A DNA stretch of 64,000 bases, taken from the NCBI RefSeq assembly GCF_009914755.1, contig NC_060939.1; one strand, given 5' to 3'. The DNA is from the human T2T-CHM13v2.0 reference genome, Homo sapiens. A model generated the notes under the pieces. That model was not told where the DNA came from. It saw only the letters and a list, made by a program, of their open reading frames with translations, and did not search any database. The translations under genes and the position numbers were made by a program. Below, piece by piece: positions 1 to 16,888 of this stretch. Each line of letters opens with the position of its first letter. Position 1 is the first letter of the stretch.

Positions 1-1001
1 GCCCAAGAAAATCTAGTGTCTCCTTTGCAGGCAATAAATGTGTCCATTGCAAATGATGGTAAGACAGGGTGTTTGTCAGGAGGAAAGCACAGGGACAAGG
101 AATATGCAGAGGAAATAAAGAAAGGAGAGGAGAAATAAGAGCGACAAGGGAGAGGAAACAAAAGAGAGACCACACAGGGCAGAGCCCTGTGTGTGAAGCT
201 TTTCGTTTCTCAACATACCCGTTACCAGCCAAAGCCTGACTGCAGCGCCAGCACCAGGGAGGTGTTCAGATAGAATCACTCACATGCTGACCCTTCTCTG
301 CTGCTCTGTCCCGGCCCATCAAGTTTCTCCTTCTTTCTCTCCTGCTCTTCCTTCCCCATTTTGCCACTCTCTTTCCCTTTTCCATCTCCCAATCATTTAC
401 TTTTTTCTTCTCTATTTTCTCACTCTGTAAATGCTCAACTCAGAAACAGGCAGTACTGAAAGAGCTGTTAGCCCTGGCTGTGGTGTGTGGCTCATTACTA
501 TGTTGTTGTACTAGGAAATGGACTGAGTGAAATAAAGCAAGTCCGAAGAATTCAGCCCCCTTATTCTCATTGAGGTCAGGTCCTAGGTCAGAATTTGAAA
601 ACATCCTAACACTTTCAATTGTATAACTCAGTCCTGAAGTCCTTGCCTACTCCACCCAGTTCTCTGTGACAGCCTTTGATCTTTATCACATGTAACATTT
701 TGCAGTCCCACCGCTGCAGGGGAAAGATGTTTGCATGCAATGGGAACCTGTGATTCAGTGCTGTTACACTGATTTCTTCTGAGATCTTTGCTGGTGTTTG
801 GGCACTTTCATGTTCTTGAAATTGTATATATTGATGTGATTAGTTTGGACTCAGTTTCAACATCATTAAGAAAATCTCTTTACTGCCGGAGGAAAGTATG
901 TTTTGAGGGAGTATATTCAGAGGGAAAAGATGCAATGCCTTTATATATAAAGTTGCACAACATTAGGTGGTGAAAATTCACTTTCTAGCACTATTAGGAA
1001 G

Positions 1002-1980
1002 TCATTCATTCATTGGACACATACTTAAATATATCAGAAGTTATATATGCTATGAATAAAAATAAAACATGGTAAAGGGATAGAAAATGGAGGGGAGGCT
1101 AGTTTAGATAAGGTGGACAGGGATGGCCTTCCTGAAAAAGTAACATTTAAATAGAGCCCTGAAAACAGTAAGGTAGTGAGCCATGAAAACATCTGCGGAA
1201 GAGTGATGTTCCAGGTGGAAAGAACAGCAGATGTTATGGCCCTGAGATGGAAATGAGCTTGATGAGTTTGAAGAATAGCAAGAGGGCCAGTCAAGTTAAA
1301 ATAGACTCAGGAAAAAAGCAGTACTTGTGACGTCACAAAGGTATGCAGAGCCTGATAAGCTATATTTCACAGTTGTGAATGTCTTGTAAATGTGATGAGA
1401 AATCGCTGGAGGATTTCAGCAGGAGAATGGCATGATCTGTTTTATGTTTTATAAAGATTACTCTGGCCTCTGATTAAATAATAGACATAAGAGTGCAGGG
1501 AGAGAAGCAGGAAAGCAGGGAGAGAAGCAGGAAGGCTGTTAGAGTAGCCAAAGTAAGAGAGGATAGGAACTGTCAGGGTTGGGATATATTTTATAAATAG
1601 AAACAAGAGGCTCACTCTGACTTTGTTTCCTTTAATTGGGTCAAGTCTTGTGGCATCTCCTCCACCAAGGTTGCTGTTCACCAGCAAGACCCCATCATTG
1701 CACTCATTCACTTGAAAACTAGACAGGTATATTTCTGCATTAGAAAAATATGATGATGCTTTGGGTGTGAGGGAAAGAGAAGATTCAAAGTCACCCCCAG
1801 GTTTTTAGCCTGAGCAATAGGTGAACGATGGAGCCATTTACTGAGATTGGAAAAGTTTGGGAGGAAGGTAGTAAATCCAGTGCTCAGTGTTGAACATATT
1901 GAGTTTGAGATGGCCTAAACATCCAAGTGGAGAGGCCAAGTAGGCAGTTGTAAAGCAATTCTGAAGCTCGTTGAGAGGTG
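1002..1980 (-). mobile_element. L2 (LINE-2) relic, interrupted by a 145-bp insertion at 1608-1752
   Basis: Starts with tcattcattcatt (reverse complement of the L2 aatg tail). Typical antisense L2 motifs: cagggatggccttcctga, gagccatg..atctgcggaagag..ttccagg, ggtttttagcctgagcaa, gagtttgagatg. Confidence 0.8.
1608..1752. repeat. Local dispersed duplication, copy A (about 90% identical to 3190-3342)
   Basis: aggctcactctga...tggcatctcctccaccaaggttgctgtt...ctcattcacttgaaaactagacaggtatat...ttagaaaaatatg occurs at both loci in the same orientation. Confidence 0.97.
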
Positions 1981-2189
1981 CTATTTACTAACTGAAACAC
2001 AAAATAAATTCAGCCCCTGGCGAGGGCACTGCACTCTACCTGGCAGAGCCCTGTTCTCTGTTTCAATTCTACAGGTCAGGGACGGTTAGATGAGATGCCG
2101 AGGGATCACCTGGTTTATGGAGTTCACAATCGTATCCTCTGATACTGCCTCTTGAGCAATTAAAATCTGACATTTAGGAAGGGCTCCTT

Positions 2190-2491
2190 GACAGGCATGG
2201 TGGCTTACATTTGTAATCCTAGCAGTTTTGGAGGCTGAGGCGGGTGGATGGCTTGAGACCAAGAGTTTGGAGACCAGCCAGGGTAATGTGGTGAAACCTC
2301 ATCTCTACAAAAAATACCAAAAAAATTAGCCAGGCATGGTGATGAGCACCTGTAGTCCCAGCTACTTGGGAGGCTGAGGTGGGAGGATCATATGAGCCAA
2401 GGAGGTTGAGGCTGCCGTGAGCTGTGTTCATGCCACTGCACTCCAGACTGTGTAGCAGAGTAGGACCCTGTCTCAACAACAACAACAACAA
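2190..2491 (+). mobile_element. AluJ
   Basis: Dimeric Alu with J-type right arm (ggaggatcatatgagcc, ggctgccgtgagctgtg) and an (AAC)n tail. Confidence 0.93.
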
Positions 2492-3189
2492 GAAGGGCCT
2501 GAACTAGTGAGGCTATGTGCTTCTTAAATATTGTCCCTAACCTAGGCAGAAACTCTGGACAACAGAGGCAGCTGAACACAAGGAACGCATGTTCCATAAT
2601 ATCTGCAGATCAGTTTCAGGCATCTTAACCTTTTTCAGAGGATGTGGCGAGTCACAGAGTTAAAGATAGGGAGTGTTGATTTTGAATGAGGAAAGGCCTA
2701 CCTTAAAAGAGCATGCTATTCAAATGCTGATGGATGGAAGCCTGGAACTTATGCGGTAGGGTCACATCACCTGACATGATGATCTGGATTCTTGACAGGG
2801 CACTGAGATCCAAGAGTTGCATCATACTCAGAAAAATTGAGGATATATGCCTTAGGATACTTTAGAACATATAACTGGATAAGTGAATAAATGAAGCATA
2901 GCATGACATTTCAATAATCAATACAGGCTTTGCTCACAATATTTTTTCATGAGATGTTTTGCCAGAATTACCAAATTAGCCAAAACTCCTTTAACATTAT
3001 AATGCTCACATAGCTGATCTTGCAAGGACTCCTTTGTGAAGAGAGTACCACCTATCCTTTCTAGAGATAACACCTTTTGAGAAGGAACATAGAGACCTGG
3101 GTACACAGCATCTGTACCAAGAGAAAGTCTGATTGAAGAAGGTGTCAGTAGATTTCTCATGGTATTTCTCCAGACATTGAAAGCTTATA

Positions 3190-3342
3190 AGGCTCACTCT
3201 GACTCTGACTTTGCCTCCTTTAACCGGGTCAAGTCTGTTTGGCATCTCCTCCACCAAGGTTGCTGTTTACCAGCAAGACCCTGTCATTGCGCTCATTCAC
3301 TTGAAAACTAGACAGGTATATCTCTGCAATTAGAAAAATATG
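3190..3342. repeat. Local dispersed duplication, copy B (probable donor)
   Basis: Same sequence as 1608-1752 but embedded in unique DNA; carries an extra 6-bp ctctga duplication. Confidence 0.95.
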
Positions 3343-3439
3343 TAAACGTCTTGCTTATCTTATCAAACAAGGTCTCTTTAAATCAGTTGCATGTACTACC
3401 ATGAACTGTGTCATTTGTGTCCTTGGCATTATTAACAAG

Positions 3440-3655
3440 AAGCATAGGCTTTCGATCAGTGAGATTAGAGTTTTGAATTCAGCCTGCCACTTATTGCTCT
3501 GGTGGGTAAACTTGGGTTACTGTAAAATTAGAATGATAACAGTACCAACCTCATAATGTTGTTATGAGAATTAATTGAGTTAATACCTTCAGAAAGATTA
3601 GTAGAGTATCCAGAATATAGTAAACACAATAAATGTTAGCTATTATTATGACAAT
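3440..3655 (+). mobile_element. MIR
   Basis: MIR core: ctgtaaaattagaatgataacagtaccaacctcataatgttgttatgagaattaa...aataaatgttagctattatt. Confidence 0.8.
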
Positions 3656-3839
3656 GATGAACATTATTCATTTAAAGCCCATTGGAAAAGAGACTGTTGG
3701 AACTATAGACCCAATACAAATAAGATACTTAAGCAGACCCTTCATCAAGTTTCTGCAGTCAGTTAACACTATACTATTTGTAATTTTAGAGAATGAAGTT
3801 TAGTATAAATCTTGGCCCAGTTCAAGGTTGTCAGTGACT

Positions 3840-4315
<476 letters not shown>

Positions 4316-5830
4316 TATTATCAAAGATGAAGCTGCAGACTCCCAAAAGAATCTCCATCCCTTCATCTCTGATAGGCTTGGAATTTTCCAGTGCTTCTAA
4401 TGGAGACTCTGATCTCCAGGATCTCAGATTCTGTCCTCTGTTAATAAAGTACTTGAATCAACAGTGGATGGATTCTTGGGAAAGCTTCAGGCAGTTCTAA
4501 ATTATTTGAATATATCAAGTATCTGAGACAAATGATGACCTTTAGATCTATAGATCTTGGCAATCATGCAGTTCAACCCTCTCATTTTATAGAGAAGGAC
4601 TTTGAGGCATAATATTGTTTTCTTTGGCTACTGTAAGACACATACAACCATTGATGCACTTATTTTTAAAAGTTCCTCTTATGAGGTTGTATAATGTTCT
4701 AGTGCCTAATGAAAGACACAGTCCCCAACTTCAAGCTGCCTATAGTCCACTGGAGGAAAAAGACAAATGATCAGATATTAAAATGCAATATGGGGAGGTC
4801 ACTTCCAAGATGGCTGAATAGGAACAGCTCCGATCTACAGCTCCCAGTGAAATCAATGCAGAAGATGGGTGATTTCTGCATTTCCAACTGAGGTACCTGG
4901 TTCATCTCATTGGAACTGGCTGGACGGTGGGTGCAGCCCACGGAGGGTGAGCCAAAGCAGGGCGGGACATCACCTCACCCAGGAAGTGCAAGGGGTCGGG
5001 GGATTTCCCTTTCCTAGCCAAGGGAAGCCATAAGTGACTGTACCTGGAGAGGCAGTACACTCCTTCCCAAATACTGCACTTTTCCCATGGTCTTCACAAC
5101 CACCAGACCAGGAGATCCCCTCCTGTGCCTGGCATGGCAGGTCCCATGCCCATGGAGCCTTACTCACTGCTAGCGCAGCAGTCTGAGATCAACCTGGGAT
5201 ATGGGAACTTGGTGGTGGGAGGGGTGTCTACCATTGTTGAGGCTTGAGTAGGTGGCTCTATGCTCACAGTGTAAACAAAGTGGCAGGGAAGCTCAAACTG
5301 GGCAGAGCTCACTGCAGATCAGCAAGGCCTACTGCCTCTCTAGATTCCATCTCTGGGAGCAGGGCATATCTGAACAAAAGGCAGCAGACAGCTTCTCCAC
5401 TTAAACATCCCTGCCTGACAGCTCTGAGGAGAGCAGTCTCCCAGCATGATGTTTGAGCTCCGATAATGGACAGATTGCCTCCTCAAGTGGGTCCCTTACC
5501 CCCATGTAGCCTGACAGGGAGACACCTCCCAGTAGGGGTGAACAGACACCTCATACAGGCAGGTGCCCCTCTGGGACAAAGCTTCCAGAGGAAGGGTCAG
5601 GCAGCAATATTTGCTGTTCTGCAGCCTCTGCTGGTGATACCCAGGCAAACAGGGTCTGGAGTGGACCTCCAGCAAACTCCAGCAGACCTGCAGCTGTGAG
5701 GCCTGTCTGTTAGAAGGAAAACTAACAAACAGAAAGGAATAGCATCAACATCAACAATAAGCACATCCACACCAAAACCCCATTTGTAGGTCACCACCAT
5801 CAAAGACCAAAGGTAGATAAAATGACAAAG

Positions 5831-6863
5831 ATGGGGAGAAACCAGAGCAGAAAGGCTGAAAATTCCAAAAACCAGAATGTCTCTTCTCCTTCAAAAGAAC
5901 ACAATTCTTTGCCAGCAAGGGAACAAAACTGGATGGAAAATGAGTTTGATAAGTTGACAGAAGTAGGCTTCAGAAGGTCGGAAATAACAAACCTCTGAGC
6001 TAAAGGAGCATGTTCTAACCTACTGCAAGGAAGCTAAAAACATTGAAAAAAGGTTAGAGGAATGGCTACCTAGAATAACCAGTGTAGAGAAGAACTTAAA
6101 TGACCTGATGGAGCTGAAAGCCACAGTACAAGAACTTTGTGAAGCACATATAAGCTTCAATAGCCGATTCAATCAAGTGGAAGAAAGGATATCAGGGATT
6201 GAAGATCAAATTAATGAAATAAAGTGAGAAGACAAGATTAGAGAAAAAAGAGTGAGAACAAACAATCAAAACCACCAAGAAATATGGGACTATGTGAAAA
6301 CACTTAATCTACATTTGACTGGTGTACCTGAAAGTGATGGGGAGAGTGGAACCAAGTTGGAACACACTCCTCAGGCTATTGTCCAGAACTTCCCCAATGT
6401 AGCATGACAGGCTGACATTCAAATTCAGAAAATATAGAGAACACCACAAAGATACTCCTTGAGAAGAGCAACCCCAACACACATAATCTTCAGAGTCACC
6501 AAGGTTGAAATGAAGGAAAAAATGTTAAAGGCACCTAGAGAGAAAGGTCGGGTTACCCACAAAGGGAAGCCCATCAAACTAACAGTGGATCTCTCTGCAG
6601 ACTAACAGTGGATCTCTCTACAAGCAAGAAGAGAGTGGGGGCCAATATTCAACATCCTTAAAGAAAAGAATTTTCAACCCAGAATTTCATATCCAGCCAA
6701 ACTAAGCTTCATAAGCGAAGGAGAAATAAAATCCTTTACAGACAAGCAAATGCTGAGAGATTTTGTCTCCACCAGGCCTGCCTTATAAGAGCTCCTGAAG
6801 GAAGCACTAAACATGGATAGGAAGAACTGGTACCAGCCACTGTAAAAACATGCCAAATTGTAA
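5831..6863 (+). pseudogene. L1 ORF1p relic (multiple stops and frameshifts)
   Basis: atggggagaaaccagagcagaaag start and ...catgccaaattgtaa end; no long + strand ORF survives in the track. Confidence 0.9.
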
Positions 6864-6926
6864 AGACCATCGACGCTATGAAGAAACTGCATTAATCAAT
6901 GGGTGAAATAACCAGCTAGCATCATA

Positions 6927-11130
<4,204 letters not shown>

Positions 11131-11539
11131 ACAATCAGAACACATGGACACAGGGAGGGGAACATCACACATCGGGGCCTGTGGGAGGTGAGGGGGTAGG
11201 GGAGGGATAACATTAGGAGAAATACCTAATGTAGGTGATGGGTTGATGGGTGCAGCAAACCACCATGGCATGTGTATACCTATGCAACAAAACTGCACGT
11301 TTTGCACATGTAACCGAGAACTATTAAGTATTAATATAATACTTAATTAATATAATTAAGTATTAATATAATAATTAATACTTAAGTATTAATATAATAC
11401 TTAATTATATTATTAAATATAATAATAATTTAAAAAATGTGATATAATAGGTGCTGTGACTGAATGACGCCAGGGTGCCATGAGAGCACATGTGAAGCTA
11501 TCCAGCCCCATGGGATGCACTGTAGGGACAGTCTTCATA

Positions 11540-11904
11540 CAGATGGTCCCAACACATGATGGCTCGACTTAAGACTTTTCGATTTTATGATAGCACAAAA
11601 GCAATAGGGATTCAGCAGAAATCATCCTTTGAATTTTGAATTTTGACCTTTTCCTTGGCTAGTGATAATCAGTATTATACTCTTACATGGGATATTCAAC
11701 ACTTTATTATAAAATAGGCTTTGTGTTAGATGTTTATGCTCAACTGTAGACTAATGTAAGTGTTCTGAGCACATTTAAGGCAGGCTGGGCTAAACTATGA
11801 TGTTCAGGAGGTTAGGTATATTAAATGCATTTTTTACTTAGAATATTCTGTACTCATGATGGATAGATTAGGATGTAACCCTACTCCAAGTGAAAGAGCA
11901 TCTG
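11540..11904 (-). mobile_element. MER47 (TcMar-Tigger non-autonomous, MER47B-like)
   Basis: Ends cagatgg...catctg; internal aaataggctttgtgttagatg, aatgtaagtgttctgagcac, ctatgatgttcagg-aggttagg. Confidence 0.8.
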
Positions 11905-13059
11905 CACTCTATCTGCCTTCCACAAAATAACAAGTTATTGCATTGCTAGTGGAAAAGCAAATTTTATGCATCACAAAGCAATGTTTTTTAGAATGTGAAA
12001 CAGTTGTTGGCTTCAGAGACTGTGCTAATTTATTATCAGAAAAAGAGAGCACTGTTACCTTAGGTGTTTCTCCTTACATTACTTTTTTCTGTTTGGACAC
12101 CAATGCCATGTGGCATTAAGGTACAGATTGTTCCTAAAGATAATGTTTCCTGTTGAATGGAACTACACAGTTACTGACCAGGAAATCCTTGCTGGTATTG
12201 TGGGAGTTATTCTTTCTGACTAAACTCTAAGAGCTTAAACTCACCACAGGCTCTGGGAGGATTCTATTCTAAGAGTAAACATGGTCTCTTAATTACATTC
12301 TGTCTCAACTCTTTGCCACAACCATGACTCTACCCCCATTGTTTGCAACATACAAGTGTTGTCACACTTGACCTTGTCATCTATGCTCAATATCAGTCCC
12401 TAGCTGGATATCAGCTGATAGTATTGCAAGTCCTCCAGCATTATGGGCACACCCATTTTCATAATAGCAAGTAAAAATGGCTCTGAGCACCATCTCTCAT
12501 CTCTCTTCTTCCTCAGGGACTCTTGGGGCTTTCATTTCTCCTAGTCACTTCTTCTGACATCCTGCTTTTGCTGAATTATTGATTCTTGCTCTTGGTCTCA
12601 CCTTCTGTATGTGTTTCTCCTTTTCTGTACCACATCACCACATGTTGGACACTTCTGATCTCCACTTCGCAAAATACTATTGACTAAGCAGTATCAGAAT
12701 ACTTGGAGATAATTGAATGGTTTCTATTGCAGAAAAGGAAAGCAAATAATTTAAAATTGAATATTTCAGTGTGCTCCAAAATCCTTTTGTCCACTTACCT
12801 CTAATCATTTTTCTTCCCCATTTCTATTTTTTTCTCCCCTAATTTTCCCCAGAACTCAAATGTCCTCCCACTTTATTATTATGCAGAGCTCAGTACCTTC
12901 TGCTTCTACCTCAAAGTCTGCTACTGGCCAACTTTTGTACTCACCAAAATGGCCTCGTAAATAAATAGCCATTTGCTTTGGAACACTACACTTGAACAGC
13001 ACAAAGCACCTGTAGAGACTTTACAACTTGTCCTTGCTTTAGCAAGATTAAATGATCAG

Positions 13060-13220
13060 GCAGTGGTTCTTATAGTCCCCCAACCAACAGCCTTGGCATC
13101 CCCTGGGAACTCGGTAGAATTTCAAGGTCTCAGGTTCCACCATAGACCTACTGATTGCGAAGCCATCCACAAGCCCTCCAGGTGATCCTGGTGCATGCTA
13201 AAACTTGAGAACCCCTGACT
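13060..13220. mobile_element. MER5A (hAT-Charlie)
   Basis: cagtggttct...agacctactga...acaagccctccaggtgatcctggtgcatgctaaaacttgagaacccctg. Confidence 0.8.
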
Positions 13221-13341
13221 TAGGCAAACTTTGAGTTTATATATTTGTAACATGCACATGTATAGAGATCTACTTCAATTTTAATGGTTGTATGAATTTA
13301 AAGATTCCATACTCATGGACATTTAGGTTGCTTCCATTTTT

Positions 13342-13575
13342 CTTTTTTTGAGATGGAGTCTCTCTCTGTCACCCAGGTGGGAGTGCAGTGGTGTGTTCTT
13401 GGCTCACTGCAACCTCTGCCTCCCAGGTTGAAGTGATTCTCCCACCTCAGCCTCCCAAGTAGCTGGGACTACAGGATCCTGCCACCACACCTGGCTAATT
13501 TTAACCAGGCTGGTCTCAAACTCCTGATCTCAAGTGATCCGTCCATCTCGGCCTCCCAAAGCGTTGAAATTACAG
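13342..13575 (-). mobile_element. Alu (S/J) with internal deletion
   Basis: ttttttgagatggagtctc...ctggctaattttaaccaggctggtctc; linker and part of the left arm are missing. Confidence 0.9.
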
Positions 13576-13819
13576 CCAACGTCCAATTTTAATACATGAA
13601 CAAACACTAGAAGGGTATGTGGAAAAATAAAAACAATTATGAAAAGATCTAGCTATTTTTTAGATAAATTTTTTTCTTAAAAAATTCCTCCAATGTTACA
13701 ATATTGTTTTAACAACAAATAAAAATTGGAAGAGAGAACAATGTTAGGTTAACTAAAGAAGTGAGGGAAGGATGGATTCTCCATAAAGGGTAAAGGGAGC
13801 CCACTGCAGTAGGCTGGAA

Positions 13820-13935
13820 TAGCCATGAGGCCAGAGACCATGTCCAGTGTGCTTACTTCTATATGCCCAGTGTCTTCAATGGTGCCTGACACAGAATAGG
13901 TACTTAGAAAATATTAAATGAATAAATGGATGAAT
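13820..13935 (+). mobile_element. L2 3' end
   Basis: gtgcctgacacagaataggtactt...aaatgaataaatggatgaat. Confidence 0.7.
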
Positions 13936-14204
13936 CAAATGCTGCTGAGGCTTCAGCTCCTATGTCTGGATTTGCCACAGTTCATGCTCTAGGACTTGAG
14001 CTTTTTGACTACCCAGGGCTATAACTGTGGCTCTACTTTGTGCCCACGTCTCAATTGGGAAGACACTCATGATAGTAGTGCGGTAAGGAGCTGGGTATGC
14101 ATTTCAGCACAAACCTTTATTAGTTTCTTTCTCCCAAAAGACCCTACCTATGACCTATCAGTAGGCAGGGTCAATAATCTGGTTCTATAACAACTGAATA
14201 ATGG

Positions 14205-14410
14205 AAGATATTAAGGAATTAATTTTTATTTAGTTTGAATAATGGCATAGTAATTATATGTCTATTTTAAAAGAGTCTAGGATTTGCTTCAAAATCATCT
14301 GGATTGGGGAGTTGAAGAGTTGGCGTAGAGATGAAATAAGATAGGCCATCAGTTGATAATTGCTGAGGCTGGGAAAATGAAAACATTTTCAAGTACATGG
14401 GGGCTTATAA
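14205..14410 (+). mobile_element. Old L1MC/ME 3' fragment
   Basis: ggatttgcttcaaaat...gatgaaataagataggccatcagttgataattgctgaggctggg. Confidence 0.6.
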
Positions 14411-14599
14411 TGAATATATTGAATATACACATATATTTATTTATAAGGAATAGAATAATGATTGTATTATTATTAAAAAAAAAACTTCAGGTCAGCAGCA
14501 GGTGCTCTCCCAATGAGCACAGCACAGCTGTCACACCTGCCACCAACTCCTGGGTACATGTCTCTTGTTCCTTTTGGTTACAGTAGAAGAACACTCTGG

Positions 14600-15140
14600 A
14601 TCCCAATCTTTCTTACATTTTGATGCACTTAGTGACATCAGTTATCTCTTTCTCTCCTGTATCAATGTCTACCTCTCCTCTGGAGTTTTATACTCAGACT
14701 TTAAATATAACTCAATTATCTTCCATATTAAAAATCAAATAAACATCCCGTCCCCTCAGCTCAGACACTTCCTCCAGCAATTGCTTGATTTTTCTTTTAT
14801 CCAGAACAGCCAAACTTACCAAAAGAGTTACCTATTTTTCTCTCTACATTTCTTTGCTTCTGCCTCAATCTACTGGAGTCTGGCTCTGTCCTCACCATTC
14901 AACCTTAATGGCTGTTGTCATAAAATTTCATGTGCATATTTCAGGTGTAAAATAGCAGCTCTAGCCCAAATACTTCTCCTTAAAGAGACTCTAGTATTCA
15001 AAACTCACTGACTTCTCTATTTGGATATTCTGTGGTTCTATTCAGACTCAGCACTGTATGTCCAAACAGAGCTCTTTGTCTTCCTCCCAACCTGTGGTCC
15101 TTTCAGTGAATCACCAATTGCCCAAATAACAAACACCCTG
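14600..15140 (+). mobile_element. Degenerate L2 (likely continues at ~16910-17040)
   Basis: Pyrimidine-rich L2 body motifs (ccagaacagccaaactt, tgtccaaacagagctctt, ctcagggcagaccactgttatcttcacctgaattactgc). Confidence 0.55.
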
Positions 15141-15159
15141 GCAACATTTTGCTTTGTTT

Positions 15160-15610
15160 TATTCTAAATAGCTTTACTGAGGTATAAATTATAGACCACA
15201 ATAAACTGCACATATTTACTGATTTGCTTTTCTGTCAGTATAGATTAATTTACAGTTTTCAGAATTTCATATAAATGGAGTCATGTAGCATGTACTTTTT
15301 TGTCTGGTTTCTTTCACTCAGCATAATTATTTTGAGATTCATCCATGTTGATGTGTGTATTAATAATTCATTCCTTTTTATTAGCATGTAGCATACCATT
15401 ATATGGATATACCACAATTTGTTTATTCATTTGCCTGTTGATGGCCATTTGAGTCATTTCTAGGTTTTGGCTATTGCAAATAAAACTACTATTTCATGTA
15501 CAAGCCTTGGTATGTACATATGATTTCATTTTTCTTGGTTAAATTTGCAGGAGCCGAATGTCTAGGTCACATGGTAGGTATGATTTTGTGTTAACTTTTA
15601 AAGAAACTTC
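15160..15610 (-). mobile_element. Old L1M (L1MB/MC) 3' region
   Basis: gctttactgaggtataa...ctttcactcagcataattattttgagattcatccatg...gttgatggccatttg...taactttta. Confidence 0.85.
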
Positions 15611-15779
15611 TCGGTGTTACTCTTGACTTTTTGTGGCAGTCCTAGTTGGCTGCCTTCCCAACAACCATCTCATATTCCATCCCCTACTTTGCACTGTCTC
15701 TTCCACTGCAGAAGCGGAAAAGGTGACATTTGCTTTCCCAGAACCCTTTGCATCTGTGGCCAGGGCATGTGGCTCCACC

Positions 15780-16200
15780 TGGCTGCGGAGACTTGAAGAC
15801 AACTCCCCTGGGAGTGAGGGGTGGGGAGGGAGGTTCTGGGAAGCCACGAGAGGATGTAGCAGAAGGACTCCCTAGCACTCCTCTAACGGCGCCCTTCCCT
15901 GTAAAGGGTGGTGTCTTGGAACCAAGGGGACATTCCCACGCGGAGCTTGTGGCCCCCATCCACACCACTCTCCTTGTACCCAGGACGCAGAACTCCTTAG
16001 GCTCATCGCCCCGACCCCTGCCAGGGGCTCAGAGGGACTCTTCCAGTCCTTTCCCCGACCGACTGACTGCAGGCCCCGCCGCTAGCGTGTTTATCCCTGG
16101 ACACAGACGGTGGCCAATTGCAGGAGGAGATGCGCTAGGGTGGCCATACGCATGCGTGTAAGGTCCCTAATGGCGCAGGTTGCTGCACCGTGTGGAGAAA
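15780..16200. promoter_or_regulatory. Small CpG-enriched promoter/enhancer-like element
   Basis: About 20 CpGs in ~400 bp of non-repeat DNA in a CpG-poor window. GC box ggccccgcc 16072-16080, CCAAT 16114-16118, NRF1-like palindrome acgcatgcgt 16148-16157, MYB-like taacgg 15884-15889. Confidence 0.6.
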
Positions 16201-16385
16201 GTTTTGGGAGAGCTCTGCTTATACACTTAGGAGCAGAAAGTCTGCTTCTGACACCAGAAAGTGAAACAGATATTCTGAGGCTACGAGGGGCACAGCACTG
16301 CCAGCATGCTGAGAATTGTCCTTAGAAACACCTTGGAATCCCCCAAACCTTCCCTTCCAACAGCTTTGCCTCTGGTTTATATCAA

Positions 16386-16640
16386 TTTTGTTTTGTTTTT
16401 AGAGTCTGAGTCTCCCTCTGTCACCCAGGCTGCAGTGCAGTGACACGATCATAGCTCACTGCAGCCTCAAACTCCTGAGATCAAGCGATCCTCCCACCTC
16501 AGCCTCCCGTGTAGCTTAAACCACAGGCCCTCTCCCCCATGCCAGGCTAATTTTCTTTTCAAATTTTTCTGTAGAGACAGGGTCTTGCTCGGTTGTCCAG
16601 GCTGGTCTTGAGCTTCTGTTCCTTGCACTGCAAAGCGTCC
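16386..16640 (-). mobile_element. AluJ (left arm partly deleted)
   Basis: ctctgtcacccaggctgcagtgcagtgacacgatcatagctcactgcagcctc...gtagagacagggtcttgc. Confidence 0.9.
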
Positions 16641-16649
16641 TGACTAATG

Positions 16650-16736
16650 CTCCCTCCCTCCCTTCCTCCCTTCCTCCCTTCCTCCCTTCCTCTCTTCCTC
16701 CCTTTCCCTTTCTCTCTCTCTCTTCCTTTCTCTTTT

Positions 16737-16795
<59 letters not shown>

Positions 16796-16819
16796 CTTTC
16801 TCTTTCTTTCTTTCTCTCG

Positions 16820-16888
<69 letters not shown>

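Noticed and set aside
2010-2035. CTCF-like motif (also near 30460)
   Set aside because: Mismatches at core consensus positions.
2918-3257. Minus-strand 80-83 aa ORFs as a decayed coding exon
   Set aside because: No recognisable protein similarity; frames are inconsistent between the two duplicated copies.
14565-15011. 148-aa hydrophobic ORF
   Set aside because: Overlaps pyrimidine-rich L2 relic; non-ATG start; no domain motif.
15614-16325. Several overlapping 60-143 aa ORFs
   Set aside because: Expected from locally high GC (few stops); no homology recognised.
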